Assembly (NCBI GenBank): GCA_000165425.1
Contig: CT868042.1
Location: forward strand, 124,001 to 188,000
DNA: 64,000 nt
Direction: 5' to 3'
Origin: Paramecium tetraurelia
Taxonomy: Eukaryota
The position numbers and the translations under genes were made by a program. This document shows, in pieces, positions 43,648 through 56,900 of the stretch (positions are counted from its first letter, which is position 1; every line of letters begins with the position of its first letter). The notes under the pieces were generated by a model, which made no database searches, had not been told where the DNA came from, and saw only the letters and a program-made list of their open reading frames with translations.

Positions 43648-44876
43648 ATGTCAAAAAAATCTACATATGTATCGATTGGGAGGGAGATAGAATAGGGAAG
43701 GATGACAAGGTCTTCTGGTTTTAGCGATGCACTGAATGAGAAGGAACTTCGAAACAGAGCAACCAGTCTGTTACAAAAACCTTAATTGAAGAAATTTTAC
43801 AAGAGCAGGAAGGATGGGGCTATAATAAAACCAAATAAGGTAGGGGAGCAGTAAAGGAACAATTACTTGGATAAATTAAACTTGAGCAATTTAGAGAGTG
43901 CAGCTCCTCCGAAATCTGCAGCATCATATTAATCTTCAACGACTACGCAACCTCTTTGTTTTGAAATTGATTTTGATTGGCTGGACTATTGTGATGATTA
44001 GAAGTTCAAGCAATTATTTAAGGAAGACTTAAAGGACATTGCAGACATCGAACTATATGTAGAAGAGAATTAATCATATCTCTGCCATATCTTTGCTTAA
44101 TGTGCTTGTGCCAAATGCACTTGCAATAAATGCATCTGCCAATACAAAAAGAAATCAGAACTAAATTATGCATATGGAATGCTCACATCCAACAGGTTCG
44201 ATTATGTACCAAAATAAAACAAATGCTTTACTCCAATCATAACTCAATCTCATTATGACAATATTGGATTGCCAGTTGCATCCATGTAATTCAACTCCAC
44301 TTAGCGAGACAATTACAAATGGATACCATAGGATAGATCAAGGACTGCTGCCAAGTCAATGTACGAATCTCACAATCTACCCACTGGACAAACTACTAAC
44401 AATGTACGAATTTTCATTCAATAGTCTTGCTCACATTCATCAATTGGAAGGACTATACTCCCAATATATTTAAGGCCCCACAGTTTCGCACTACTGTTAA
44501 GGCCAACCTAATGAATAGAACTAATTATAGGAATCAATTCATTTGGAAGGTCAAAGACGAGAACTAACCTACAGCTGAAGATGTTAAGTAAAAATAATTA
44601 CAGTACAAAAACATCCTATATATATATAGTTAAACCATTGCAAAAATATATCCAAATCAACTGCGCTCTTTATATCAAGAATCTTTTGTCTAAAAAAATC
44701 AAAAGCCTCTTAGAGTGTTCGTGAAACCAGAAGAGATAATTCCATGTTGTGCATATCAAGGTTAGTACATAACTACCAAGCAAATGGATTATGAGGGCAA
44801 ATAAATCACTGCTAAAGAGATCTAACAGAAACCATGGAAAGGAAGATTGATAAAAAAATTATAAAATATCTAATGA
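43648..44876 (+). CDS. SAXO/STOP-like microtubule-stabilising protein (first intron anomalous)
   Basis: CACAKCTCNKCIC cluster followed by short repeats STQRDNYKW, TTNNLTFINW, TNYRNQFIW, SLYQESF, TTKQMDY. Confidence 0.65.
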
Positions 44877-44930
44877 TTTCATTTAAAAAAGGAATCTCTG
44901 TTTTATAATAAAATAACTTCTCTATACAAT

Positions 44931-46809
44931 TCACAAATCTTGTTTCTAAGCAAAACTTCCATTCTATTCGATGAATTCCTTAAGTGCCTCTGCAGTTCTG
45001 CTACCACTGTATTTCAGTTGTTCCACTTTTGTGTTTCCCTTCTTGAAATGAATCAAAGTGGGGAATCCTTAGATATCTAAAATTGGTATTTTATGAACAG
45101 TGGCATCCAATTCAGCAATCAACACATTCTTGCTATCTTTATATCCCTCTGCTAATTTCACATATTCAGCTGACATAGCCTTGCAATGTCCACACCAAGG
45201 AGCATAAAATTTCACAAAGACATCCTATCTGCTTTACAATACGATCTGTTCGAAATTCTCAGCTGTCAATTGAATCACTTGTCCATCATTAGGAATATCA
45301 ACTCTATCAGTTTCCTTCACTTCAAAGGATTACTCACTCAATTAAATCTAGGGCTCACCCTTGTAATTGCTATCTAATGATTTCAGTAAGAAATCCTTCA
45401 TTCCTTCGACTGTTCTCGTTCCATCAAAAGTGATTTGTTTCTTAGAATCTCCTTCAGACTTGAAAAGTATTAATGTTGGATATCCTTGAATATCAATGCC
45501 TTCAATTCTATGAGCTGTATAATCAATCTCAGCAATTACGATATCCTTTCTACCCAATTCTGAGGCTAATTCCTCATAAGTAGGTGCTAAATGCTTGCAA
45601 TGACCACACCATGGTGCATAAAACTTAACAAACACATGATTAGGATTATCATAAACCTATTCTTTAAAATTGGATGTGGTTAAAACATGAACTTCGCCTT
45701 CCCCTTTGAAATAATAGTCAGAATCAGAGTTCTCGCTATTAAGTTACTACTCAAGCAAAGTCTCCAACAATTATCTATGTGTTTCAAATGATTCATCTGA
45801 GAATTCTGCAGTTGTAGTTTTTTTTGTTCTATTTTTATAACTAATTAAAATACTCGAAATTGTATAAGTAAAGGACATTTTTAGCAACAACTTTCTTCTT
45901 GATCAAATACTGGAATCTCTTATTTGGCAAAATCTAATTTGGATCAATGAGGGCAAATCTAATTTTGTTTTTATGCAACTCTGCCAAAATCTTAAGAGTT
46001 TCAAATAATTCGCTATCCTTTGTGCCAGCCACTCCAACCAAGGGAATCTTATCTTTTTCTGCTTTCAAAAATTCTTCCTCTGTCAATGAGAACACTTCAG
46101 GATATCCATGAGCAGAGATCCATTCTGATAACCCATCAATTTCACCATTATAATTAATTGGGGCTGGTAGTGCCTTGTGAAATAGAGTATATTTTGAAGA
46201 ATGAGCTTATTACAGTTCTGGATTCACTACAATACCAAACTTAATTGCAGTGTATTCAGCAGCTACGCTTTATAAATCATCATCATTATTCACATATTTG
46301 AGTACTGCAAAAAAGGATCTTTTTAGGAAGAGATCAATCTAAATTGATTTAAAATAGAAATACTTCTTCCTGAGTATTTAAAGTAGTAATTTAATCATAA
46401 GCATTTTAGAGAGCATACTCAAACAACAAATCAACTGTGTCTGATTAATTAGGAAAGTCTTGGACAACACCATTTTTATAAAGTTTGAGTGTTGGATAGG
46501 ACTTAACATTGTTTTTTGCAGTAAAAGCTTTGTTTTCATGAGCATTGATTTCTCCCAAGACAAATCCATAATCTTTTAACATTTCTGCTAACCTAATAAA
46601 AACTGGCTTCATTTTGATGCTTTTAAGTTAAATCAACATCAATACCAATATCCGCATGAGTCGATGTAATATTTGACTAACAATCTTGGATTTTCGTCAA
46701 CAGCTTATTAGAAATTTTTTCTGGTAAGTTGCAAAACACCCTCAACTTCTTCGATTTATTCTCTAGATAATGCAACGAAGAGAAGGGCTAGTAACAAGAA
46801 ATATTTCAT
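44931..46809 (-). CDS. PDI: Protein disulfide-isomerase with three thioredoxin active sites
   Basis: Signal peptide MKYFLLLALLFVALS; SCGYC (intron-split), FYAPWCGHCK twice; C-terminal KQDL. Confidence 0.93.
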
Positions 46810-46908
46810 TGATTAAAATATTCGAATTATGTTGCGTGTATTGTTATAAGTATTGATAGAAGAATATTCTAGATAATTTTTGTTTGAATTAATGACAGTT
46901 GTTTGTAA

Positions 46909-47645
46909 TCATAATAAATTAATTTAATATAATCCCTGATAATTATTGAATGGCAATTTCTTCGGTTGAAACACTACACTTTCAAAGTCTTTAGTAATCT
47001 CCTTATATTGTTCAATCTCCTTCTCAATGTTGAGAGTCACATCGAATTTGGGATACGTAAATTAGAGTCGTCTATTATTCTGCGAGATCAAGAATTTGGT
47101 TATCTATTCGTATCCTCTCAATTATGCTAATCATTTAAATGCTCATCATTCATACCTAAATCTATGGCATTGTAACCGTATTTCCCTTTTTTATCAATCT
47201 GAGCCCCTCTTTCAGTAAGAGTTTTAATGGCTTCAATTTGCCAATTGATGACTGCTTAAATGAGAGGAGTGCGGCCTTGATTATCGATTTCATCAATTGG
47301 TGCTCCTCTCAATAATAGGTAATCTATAATGGCTGTGCGATTTAGGGAAGCAGCTAAAGAGAGAGGTGTGAATTCATATTTTGTGGATTCCAAAGCATTT
47401 GGATTTTGATCAATAGCCAATTTAGCCTCATTGATATCGTTGTCGCAAATTGCTTTGATTAATCGATAATCTGTGGTGTGATGATGAGTGGAATCTGGAT
47501 TGGTATGCCATGCTGCATTGATGATCCTATTGAATGGACTGGAGAAAGGATTGAAGGTTTCTGTTCCATCATATTAGGTTCCAACATACTGAGGCAATTC
47601 CCAATTTAAAAAATGCTTGACTTTAGGTGGTAAATATGAAAACAT
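46909..47645 (-). CDS. Ankyrin-repeat protein, one intron
   Basis: FTPLSLAASLNRTAIIDYLLLRGA, GRTPLIQAVINWQIEAIKTLTERGA, GYNAIDLA. Confidence 0.88.
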
Positions 47646-47683
47646 TCTTATAATTACAAAATTATGTAAATTAAATATATTAT

Positions 47684-49362
47684 TCAAAAAGCTTATTTGA
47701 GTGATCCACGAATGCTGTTTGCATTATCCACATTGTACTTCTATTGATCCTCCTAATCTAATAATTTTACTCAGGATATGATTACTTTTTTTTAATTTTG
47801 GTTGGATCTAATACATTTTAATTTGGTTACTATGAGGAATGTCATCATCTTCATTAACATTATAATCATTTTCTTCTAAAATGCATTCTTGTTTCTGAAC
47901 CTTGACTGACTGACTCTGTTATCTGAATGTATTTCCATTAGGTTCTTCTCGATTGATGTCAGCTGTATTTGATTTACTCCTCATTTAGGGAGTAACACTA
48001 AGAGGAGTTGAGGTTAATGACTGATTGAGTTCTTGACCCATCAATGGTGTTCTGGCATAGAGATCTGAATTCCTTTTGTGTCTTGGTAGGTTCTCTTCAC
48101 TTTAGATTGCTATGAGATCAGACATAATTACAGATGCAACTGATAGTCTGCCTATTTCTGGAACCATTGATGTTAAAGAGCCAATTCAGTGCTTATTCTG
48201 AGATCAGCATTTTTCTCAAGCAATGCTCTCAACAAATGAATAGCCTCTTCACTGAGGGGATGATTGTTAATTAAACCATACTCGATCTGACAATGGTAGT
48301 TCTTCATCACAATCTCATCATAAGATTTGGCTTTGAATGGAGATGCACCGGTCAACATTATGAACATTAGTACTCCTGCACTAAAGATGTCCACTTTGAA
48401 GTCATAGATTTTATCTTGTAATAATTCAGGTGCAACATAGCCTGGAGTACCACAACGTTTAAACATATAATCTCCACAGATGGATTATAATAATCTGCTA
48501 AACCAAAATCTGCTATTACAACATCGGCCATGTCTCCTTTTGTACGAAGTATGAGGTTTTCAGGCTAAGATGAGTTCAATTGTGTACTTTGATGTCTCTA
48601 TGCAATACTCCCATCGAATGGATGTAATCAATTGATTGCAGGATTCTGTACATGATGTTGGCCACTGTTTTCTCATCGTAGGCCTTGCCCTTCATCTAAT
48701 TGAAGAGTTCTCCTCCTTCCAACAATTCACAAACCAAAAAAATGTAATTGTCATTTTCATAAACCTCATACAATTTGATCACGCCTCGAAAATCCATCTT
48801 TCTCATTATGGATAACTCCTTTATTAATGCAGGCTTATAATATGTAAATCTGCATTTCTACCTTATCGATTCGGATGTCTTGAAATTTCAGTTTGTCAAA
48901 TGCCTTTACAGCGTACAATGATTGATCACTCTTCTTTTATGCACTATACACCTTTTTACTTATCATATTACTTAATACCTTCGCAAAATTACCCTTCCCT
49001 ATCAATTTGTTTATGGAATATACATTGTTAAAGCCTCTTTAAATGCAAAAGGATTTCATATAATCATACCACACTACTTGTGCTTATTCGTTATGGGCGA
49101 ACAACTCTACTGATTTTCGATTCCTCGTCAACTTGAAACCGTAATTCTTTAGTTTATCCAACGTCACGTTTTAAAGATCAATATATTTCTTATTATTCGA
49201 TAACCTTCCATCCTAGATAAAGTAGGTGATCTCCTTCTAAACACCTTTCTTTGAATTCTTGATCAAAGTTCCACTAATTATTGGATCTGACATCTAAACG
49301 ACATCCTTGATCCACAATTAGGATTTAGGATCATCAAAAAATGAGATCTTTGGCAAATTCAT
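47684..49362 (-). CDS. CAMK-group kinase with N-terminal PH-like region, 3 introns
   Basis: IGKGNFAKV, AVK, LEGGELF, HRDIKPEN, ADFGLA, KRCGTPGYVAPE. Confidence 0.92.
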
Positions 49363-49448
49363 CTCTTATTTGTTTTAATTACTAGAAAAAGAGAATAAGC
49401 AACATATATATTGGAGTATCATAAATTATATCTATATATATAAGGGTC

Positions 49449-50466
49449 TCATTAAATAAGGCAGTTCCAGCATTCCTTATTCTTCTACTTTTGTTACATC
49501 TTTTGCAAGTAGATGTTCTCATCATCAAACTTTATCAATTAAAACGGTTTCAATAATAGTGTTAGTTTAGTCTTATATTTATGACATTTCCTATTTAAAA
49601 TACTACATTGAATCAATACTTGTATAATTTTTCATGTTAATCTTTTAGATACTTCTACCGAGTTCTTAAATAACCATTCACATTATCCAAACATGTGATT
49701 TTCATCTAGAGATTTATGTATTTGTCCTTCCCATTCACTTTCAATGGGAACTACTTCAAGTCCTCATTCAAATGTGTGAACGGATCCAAATTGCGTTGGG
49801 CTATGCATATTTGGTCGTTCTCGTATTCTTGAAATAGATTTATTTGCAAGGTTCCTATGTCTATAGTCAAATCCATCATTATTTCCTATTCAAAATTCAA
49901 TCTCTATGCAACAGTCTCCACATTTCCCTTAATCTTTCTCAACAAGGTCTAATAGGATAATTCTAATGTATAAATATAATTTTTATCATCCTTCTAAAAA
50001 TCTAATATATTAAATTCATCTATTTTCATTATTTAAAATGTAATCTGCAATGATTTATTTGCGTCCATTTCTTCGAAGCTAATGGTATCCTATACAATCT
50101 TCGATATCCTCTTATCTATCAATTATAACTATTTCACCTTCTCCAAGTGCTGCTTGTATTTCGTAAATACATTATGAATCTAAATTTAAAACTTTTATTA
50201 GTACTTCAACCGCGTAACTATGAAGAAAACTATCCAGTGAAGATTTGCAATTCACTTAATCTGTCTAATCCCATATCTTTTTCTATTCACTTTTATTATT
50301 TACAAAATACCACTTAATCGATGTGATCACTGTATTTCTTTATCGAAAACCAAATTTCTAAATCCGAATACCCTATCAAGATCTTCTCCTTCACTATATC
50401 GCATAATTGCGGGATTTATTGCTCTTTGTTTTTGCAAGTATCAATAAAATATTAGTATTTTAGCAT
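49449..50466 (-). CDS. Hypothetical protein with possible C2-like core and C-terminal CaaX (CWNCLIQ), 3 introns
   Basis: MLKYQYFIDTCKNKEQ...; frame maintained across three GT..AG introns to TGA 49449-49451. Confidence 0.65.
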
Positions 50467-50479
50467 GAATTATATGTTA

Positions 50480-50884
50480 TCAATCATATTTTAAATTATC
50501 AATATAGGTTTCGTAAATATCCTCGTCATTTGGCACAGTGGGCTTAATTTGTATATCATATGGACTTTGAAGAGTAGGAAGAAATCTATCGACATCGTAA
50601 AATTGCATGATTGATGGCTTCTCTTAAAATATTTCAACCCATTTATTCGACAATTATGCTTTCATTTTTTGTTGCTTGATCTCCTTCTGCTAAACAAAAT
50701 GAGGTAGATTCTAGTATCTATTGGGTTGTTTCTTTGTTTATTGTTTTGAATTATCCTCCTTCTTCAATCTATTTCCAACCTCCTTCAACTAAAACTCCTC
50801 GCTAAATCCATATTGCTACTCCATCATCTTGACCTCTTCCTACAATTGTTTTAATCTCTCATCTATTATAAGAACATCATTCAT
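50480..50884 (-). CDS. Hypothetical protein (134 aa), intronless
   Basis: MNDVLIIDERLKQLQEEVKMMEQQYGF...YIDNLKYD-TGA, 405 nt. Confidence 0.7.
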
Positions 50885-51085
50885 TATTTTTGAAAATATT
50901 TCAATATTATTAATCTGTTAGATTAATTCTTTGTTTTATACATATATAATAAATTACCCTCCATATTATATTCGATCAGTACCTTACATCAATCTATAGC
51001 ATTAAAGTTTGATATAAGCATATTATGCAAATGTTGAAAATTGTCTACGAATAATAATTTTAATTAATTTAAAGATTTAGTATAT

Positions 51086-53106
51086 ATGGAGACCGATACC
51101 ATCTCTTGGAAGTAGTCTGATGACTTAGATGATATCATTTATCACTAGTTTAAGATTCCTGCTGATTTACAGAAGGCTGAATTACATGGAGTATTCAAAA
51201 AATAATGAATCATTAGTTAGCTTATAGAGTTTATGAGAAGCCTCAAGAATAATCTGTATAATGCAAATGTTGTAACTATTATAAAGATCATATTAAATTC
51301 AATTTTTGTAGTGATCTAAGTAAATCAGATGATCACTCTGTAGCAAATGAATATTTTCAAAATGTGAAGTGGATGATTTTATAACTTACAATCTTTTGGT
51401 AATACGATGATCCTATAATAACTAGTGTAACATTTGTTCCTTTCGCATTATATTTTAACCAGTAAGGGGATGAATGTGAAAAACATCCAAATTGTGATTA
51501 AAATTCGCTTAAAATATATTCCATCTGGAATTTAATCGCCATTAATTATAGTCTTGATGATTTAAAGTATGCAGGTGTAGTTCTTTCTACATCAATTATT
51601 TACATAATTCTAATGAAATGTGGATCTTGTGACATAATGGGGGCCGAAGCATTTAAATAAATGAAGATGTCAGTGCTGGTATATTCAGGAATTTATATAC
51701 CTGATAAAATTGAAGATGAAGAAATTCTTGAGATTTTGGATATTAATTCTGATATATGTGTCAGAGTTTATAGAGTAAATTTAAAATTGTACGAAGATCT
51801 GTTATTTGAATAATTAAAATTCCCTTATTTGAGTGATAAAGTCTCACAGTAATTATACATTTTTAGTAAAGAAAGAAAAGAATACTAAGAGAAGTATATG
51901 GGGACAATGAAGTTTTTAAGTAGACCTTTAAATAATCATATCTATTATTTTTAGCTGATGAACTACAAGTATCATAGGAATTTAAGGAAAGGTTTATGAT
52001 TCTTTGTGAGAAGAATAGTTAAAAATATTATCATAAGTTTTAAATCCGCAGTCCAATTTTTCAATTTTTTATATAGTTTCTTATTGTATTTGGATTCTCT
52101 ATTCCCTCAACTATGGCTTAATTTTTAATATTAAAGTTAAGATATGATTTCATTAATAATAATTATAGTGGAGAAGAAGATTAAATGATTAAGAAATTGC
52201 TAAATGTCGGCTCTACTCTAGTCTCGATGATTGCTTTTTCTATTTTTAATAAAATTGGTTCCAAAATTTTGACGAAATTGGCTTTAACTATTTATCAAAT
52301 TGTAAATTTGTTTAGATATTTAGGGTATCTCACTTTAAATTGCATTGCTGTAAAATCTTGATTTAAGATATTGGAATTTATTTTAATCTGTTTATGAGCA
52401 ATCAAGTTAAACTATGTTATAAAGTGAAGGAATGTTGGATTATGTGATAACATTTAGTTTCTTAAATCTCTTTGTTCCAGTAATAACTTAAATTTTTGAT
52501 TTTAATCATATTTGGAGAAAAGTTAAACTGTTTAGATTGAAAGGGAAAAAAACTAATAATAAAACCTAAAAAGAAGCAAACTTATTTTTTTAATTAAGGA
52601 AATTTAATTACTATGAAAGAAAAATCACTGTTCACAAGATTTTTGCTGTAAGCATGTTGTTTGGATTCTAATATCCATTAATTATTCCATTTTCAATCCT
52701 TTCATTATTGCTTATATATTGGGTAGATAAATGCATATTTATAAACTTTTCAATACCAGTTATAAAGGATAGACATGAAGAATTACTACAAGGAATTTAC
52801 TACTTGTTCAATATGGTGGCAATATATTATTTTTTTTTTTTTGGTTTAATTACCTTTAAGACTTGGATTATTACTACTCTATTGATCATCAATGGAACTT
52901 TATTATTATGGGTAGGTTTATCATCTTTGTTAAATCAAGATTGGAATTTTCGAACACTATTAAGCGAGTATATTGAAAAATAATACCAAATTAGTGATGA
53001 TGAAAAATATTAACTATTTATCAATTTAAAGAAAAGACTGAAGAATTTTACTAAAGTAAACATTTAATAATAACATCTAGAAATCAATGAAGAGTTAAGT
53101 GGTTGA
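51086..53106 (+). CDS. Divergent OSCA/TMC-like multi-pass membrane protein
   Basis: IPADLQKAELHG, CKCC, NFCSD, EYFQ echo the N-terminus of the 39587-41986 gene; YPLIIPFSILSLLLIYWVDKCIF. Confidence 0.7.
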
Positions 53107-53323
53107 AACTACTAGCTTATTGGAGTGACTAGAATATTAAATAACCTTCATCAATTAAAAAATATTATAAACACATAAATTAATAATATAAAGATATTAA
53201 TTGATTAGTTATTAATGAATATTACTTCAAGACCTAATATTAAAGATGAATAGAATAATTAAAAATATTCTTTTTGTTTATCCGAAATATAATTTAAATT
53301 AATATAATATATCAAAAATTAGA

Positions 53324-54751
53324 ATGTAATCTCTACGTATTACAAACTACTCAGCAACAGGTTTAACAGTAAAACCAAACGATATTCCAAAAGACGTTTG
53401 GAATAATTTTATATGTGATTATCCTAGATGTGGACCCGAAATTCAATTACCCATGGACAATAATAAGAGATACGCTAAGACAGCTGCAGTCTTGATAGCA
53501 GCCATAATGGATAGTTTGATTAGTTGGTAAGAAATTGATGTACTGTATGAAATCAGAGAGTAAATGCAGTTAGATAATGAATAAACTAAAAAGATTGTCG
53601 CAGATTACAATAAATTTATTAGTTAAATTACTCCATGTTTTGAAAAGGATCAAGGAAGCATTCATTTGAAATAATAAAGAGAATACATCTACTCACATTT
53701 AAACAATTAAGAAGGAATAGAACTGCTGTTTAATGTGTACAGGTGTATTCTATTGAGTTTATACACACAAAAAGCTAGTTCTTGTTTAGTTAGAAATGGT
53801 AGAAAGTTGTCAAAGTAGGAGGCCATTTTTGAATTGTTGGGCAACTTGGATGAAGACAATCAATTCATTTTGAAAGACCATCATTATATAGCCATATCTA
53901 CAATATTGGGATTGCCTATTCATTGTTATATCAATTATAGCGATGGACAATAGATGATAAGAAAGAGAATACATCAATTGGCAAATATTAGGTTTACAGT
54001 TGCTTTACTATTTGAACCAGGTCACAATAATAAGTCATCAAGATCTGTAAGAATATTATACCAATAACACGATTCAATTTACTTGAACAATTTATTAACA
54101 ATAGAATAAAATATAAAGAAAAAAAAGAATATTATGCTGGCCATCAATAAAGTTTAAAAGGTCTTAGAGTCAGCTGTGATTACAACTGTGCAACATTGTT
54201 CAAAAATAGTTGAATAAAAGATAGTCAATCAATTATGGCCTGATGAATTTTATTAGGATCTGTAGATTCTTGTTTAATAATTAAATTTCAAGACTATTAA
54301 ATTAGATGAAATATTGTCGACATTAGATTATAATCTCTAAATGCAGTTAGATTCATTCAAAATCATTTTTGAAAATACTAAATCTATTCCTAAATCAAAC
54401 TCTGAGGTATCTCCAAATAGACAAAAGATATTTTAAAGCACTTATTTTAGAAATCAATAAGCCATAATCAACTATCAAAATCAGAAAATACAAAAGACTA
54501 ATGTTGTTTAAATTCAATAGCCATCCTAGTCTCCACTTTTTGAATCCCCAATCAAATAATCATAAATTATTTAACCTCCAAAAACGTATTTATAGACTAC
54601 TGAGGATAAACAAAGATCTGTATCCCCCTCTTCATTAAATAAAAATATTTCAAGGAGTTTAGAATTTCATGATAAAGCATTCAAATTAAACAAATCCTAA
54701 ACCAATTCTATATTAAATACTTAATAGATTTAGTAATAATAACAACAATGA
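53324..54751 (+). CDS. Hypothetical 475-aa protein with otubain (C65)-like C-terminal fold motifs and Q/S-rich tail
   Basis: Intronless 1428-nt code-6 ORF; IIIAISTILGLPIHCYINYSD...VALLFEPGH. Confidence 0.7.
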
Positions 54752-54978
54752 TATTTTTATTATTATCAAAATCATAATTGGCATTTAAAGTTATATATTA
54801 TTTACAATATTCCTTTCTTGAATATAATTAACACCTATTTTCATTTTCACTGCTATTCACAACATGATGTACAGTTCCACTTTCTCTTAGGGTACTGTTT
54901 TGTTATAAGGATTTTTAATCTTTTTTCATTATTATTATGATATTAATAAATATTTAGAAGCTTTATATATGATATATG

Positions 54979-56016
54979 TCAAAAATGAGTATCTTTCAAT
55001 TCCCATAATTATACGCACAAGGATTTTTAATCCCAAGTTATCAGGTACTTTCCATCTTCACTCATCGAACCGAATATGTAACAAGTGTCGAAGTTTATAG
55101 ATGATATAAAAATAAACTCATTTTTTTCTGTTCTTTTAATTATATTCACAAATTAAGAATTTTTAGTGATTAGTATCTTTTTTTCTTATGAAAATTAGGC
55201 TTAGAATCCCAAATTGTAACTGTTCATTCCCTTTTATATTGTAATTTCTTTTGACTTCTCAAACTATTAATTAGAACAATTAAATTCGAATAATTAAATT
55301 GTGTTTTTATGATGTTATTAAACTACAAATTGATTCTCATTAACAAAACACAAACTCTCTCCATTTGCTTTGAAATTTATTTTTTGAATTTTATTCCATT
55401 TTTAATCAATAGGATAGTATTGCAAAACAATTATTTATTTATCAAGCCCACATACTAAAAACTTATTTTGAGATTCTTGCAAACTCACACATCTAATGAT
55501 TGTTATATTTTATAAAATAGTCTAAGAATATTTATACTATTAATTTTTATCAGTGATAATTAAACGAGTACTACTTGAATAAATTTGGTCTTCATCCTTA
55601 TTCATAATGATATTCGAAATCCTGCTATTATGTTTCTAAAGCTTCATTAAATACTTTGAATGGTTTAAGCTAGTATGATGCCATATTTTAATTTCTCCAT
55701 CAAAATTTCCTTACAGAATTGAATTAGAGCTTTTGACCTGGCATAACGAAAAAATAGTATCATTTTATATAACTTAGCCTATATACTTTAATTAGTCATT
55801 TTTTAATGTAAAAATTAAAAATTTTTCGAGCCCAGCTGCAATTACAAGCTATGTATTCGTAAAAATTATTGTATTTAGTGATTCTTTGACCTAATGTTAT
55901 GGTCTTAATGTATGAACATTTTAATTGTTAGTAATATTCATTAATTAAAATTAATTTAATACTTTACCAGGTTTGCTCATATTTTGAAAATCTGGAAACC
56001 CTATTGGATAATACAT
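54979..56016 (-). CDS. Degenerate WD40-repeat protein of the expanded Paramecium type, intronless (start uncertain: 56016 or 55980)
   Basis: Continuous code-6 frame; GNFDGEIKIW, FLVCGLDKQIIV, IFGSMSEDGKYLITWD. Confidence 0.78.
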
Positions 56017-56380
56017 GTCTTTTTCTGAACAAAAATAAAAGAATTTAATGTCTTCTAAGAATTCTTAAGGGACTACTTAAAGATTCTCGTGTGATTTTGA
56101 TCTAACTGTAGTGTCTTCTCAAATATTCTATTATCCCAATAAATCTTACATGTAAAAGAATTATATCCCTAAATAATAATTCGCAATTAAATGATCCTCT
56201 GATTAAATTTCAATAATATTTTATTGTATTTATTAATAAAATTCTAGTTAGTAAACTATATTTTACAAAGTTATTTTCTCAATAAATTGAGAATAACTCT
56301 TCCTATAATTTACTCACTTTTATCAAGTAAATAAGAAATTGTTTGGTAAAATTTAATATAATTAATAATAAATATTTGAA

Positions 56381-56849
56381 ATGTAAGAGTGGCCTAAGAA
56401 ATTGTTTTTAGCAATAGCATTCATTTCATGTTTTACTTGCTATGCTCGACCAGATTATAATTTACCTCTTTTTGCATTCGCATATCTCCTATGGGACATC
56501 GATAGACCAGTAAAATATGTAGGAAAATCAAATAGGTTTCGCAAAAGATTAGATTGATATACTTATTCGTATACTCTTGGATTATTGATTTTGTGTGGTT
56601 GGTTTATTGGGGTCCATTTTGGAATTCGTCAGCATTTTCGCATAATTGGGCGGATGGAATTCAAACATTTGTGTTGGTATTGTCAGTTATCAACTTCATC
56701 ATTAAGGTAGGATATTGGGTTAAATTTTTCAGCTAGGTACGATAGTGGTGTGCATATTGGCAGAGAAGGAGTGTAAGGATGCGTTGCACCCAGAGAATGC
56801 GATGGCTCATGCAAAGAATATTTTTAATAGTGAGGGTTAGCATTAATGA
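56381..56849 (+). CDS. Small multi-TM protein (possibly AGTRAP-like), 2 introns
   Basis: ARPDYNLPLFAFAYLLW, SWIIDFVWL, LSVINFIIK; ends SEGQHQ-TGA. Confidence 0.75.
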
Positions 56850-56900
56850 ATTACTTAATATAGAAAATTTTGAAAAAAATTAATATCTATTTTAAAATTA

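Noticed and set aside
56119..56121. In-frame TGA as selenocysteine
   Set aside because: Not in a redox motif and no SECIS-like hairpin recognised downstream of the gene.
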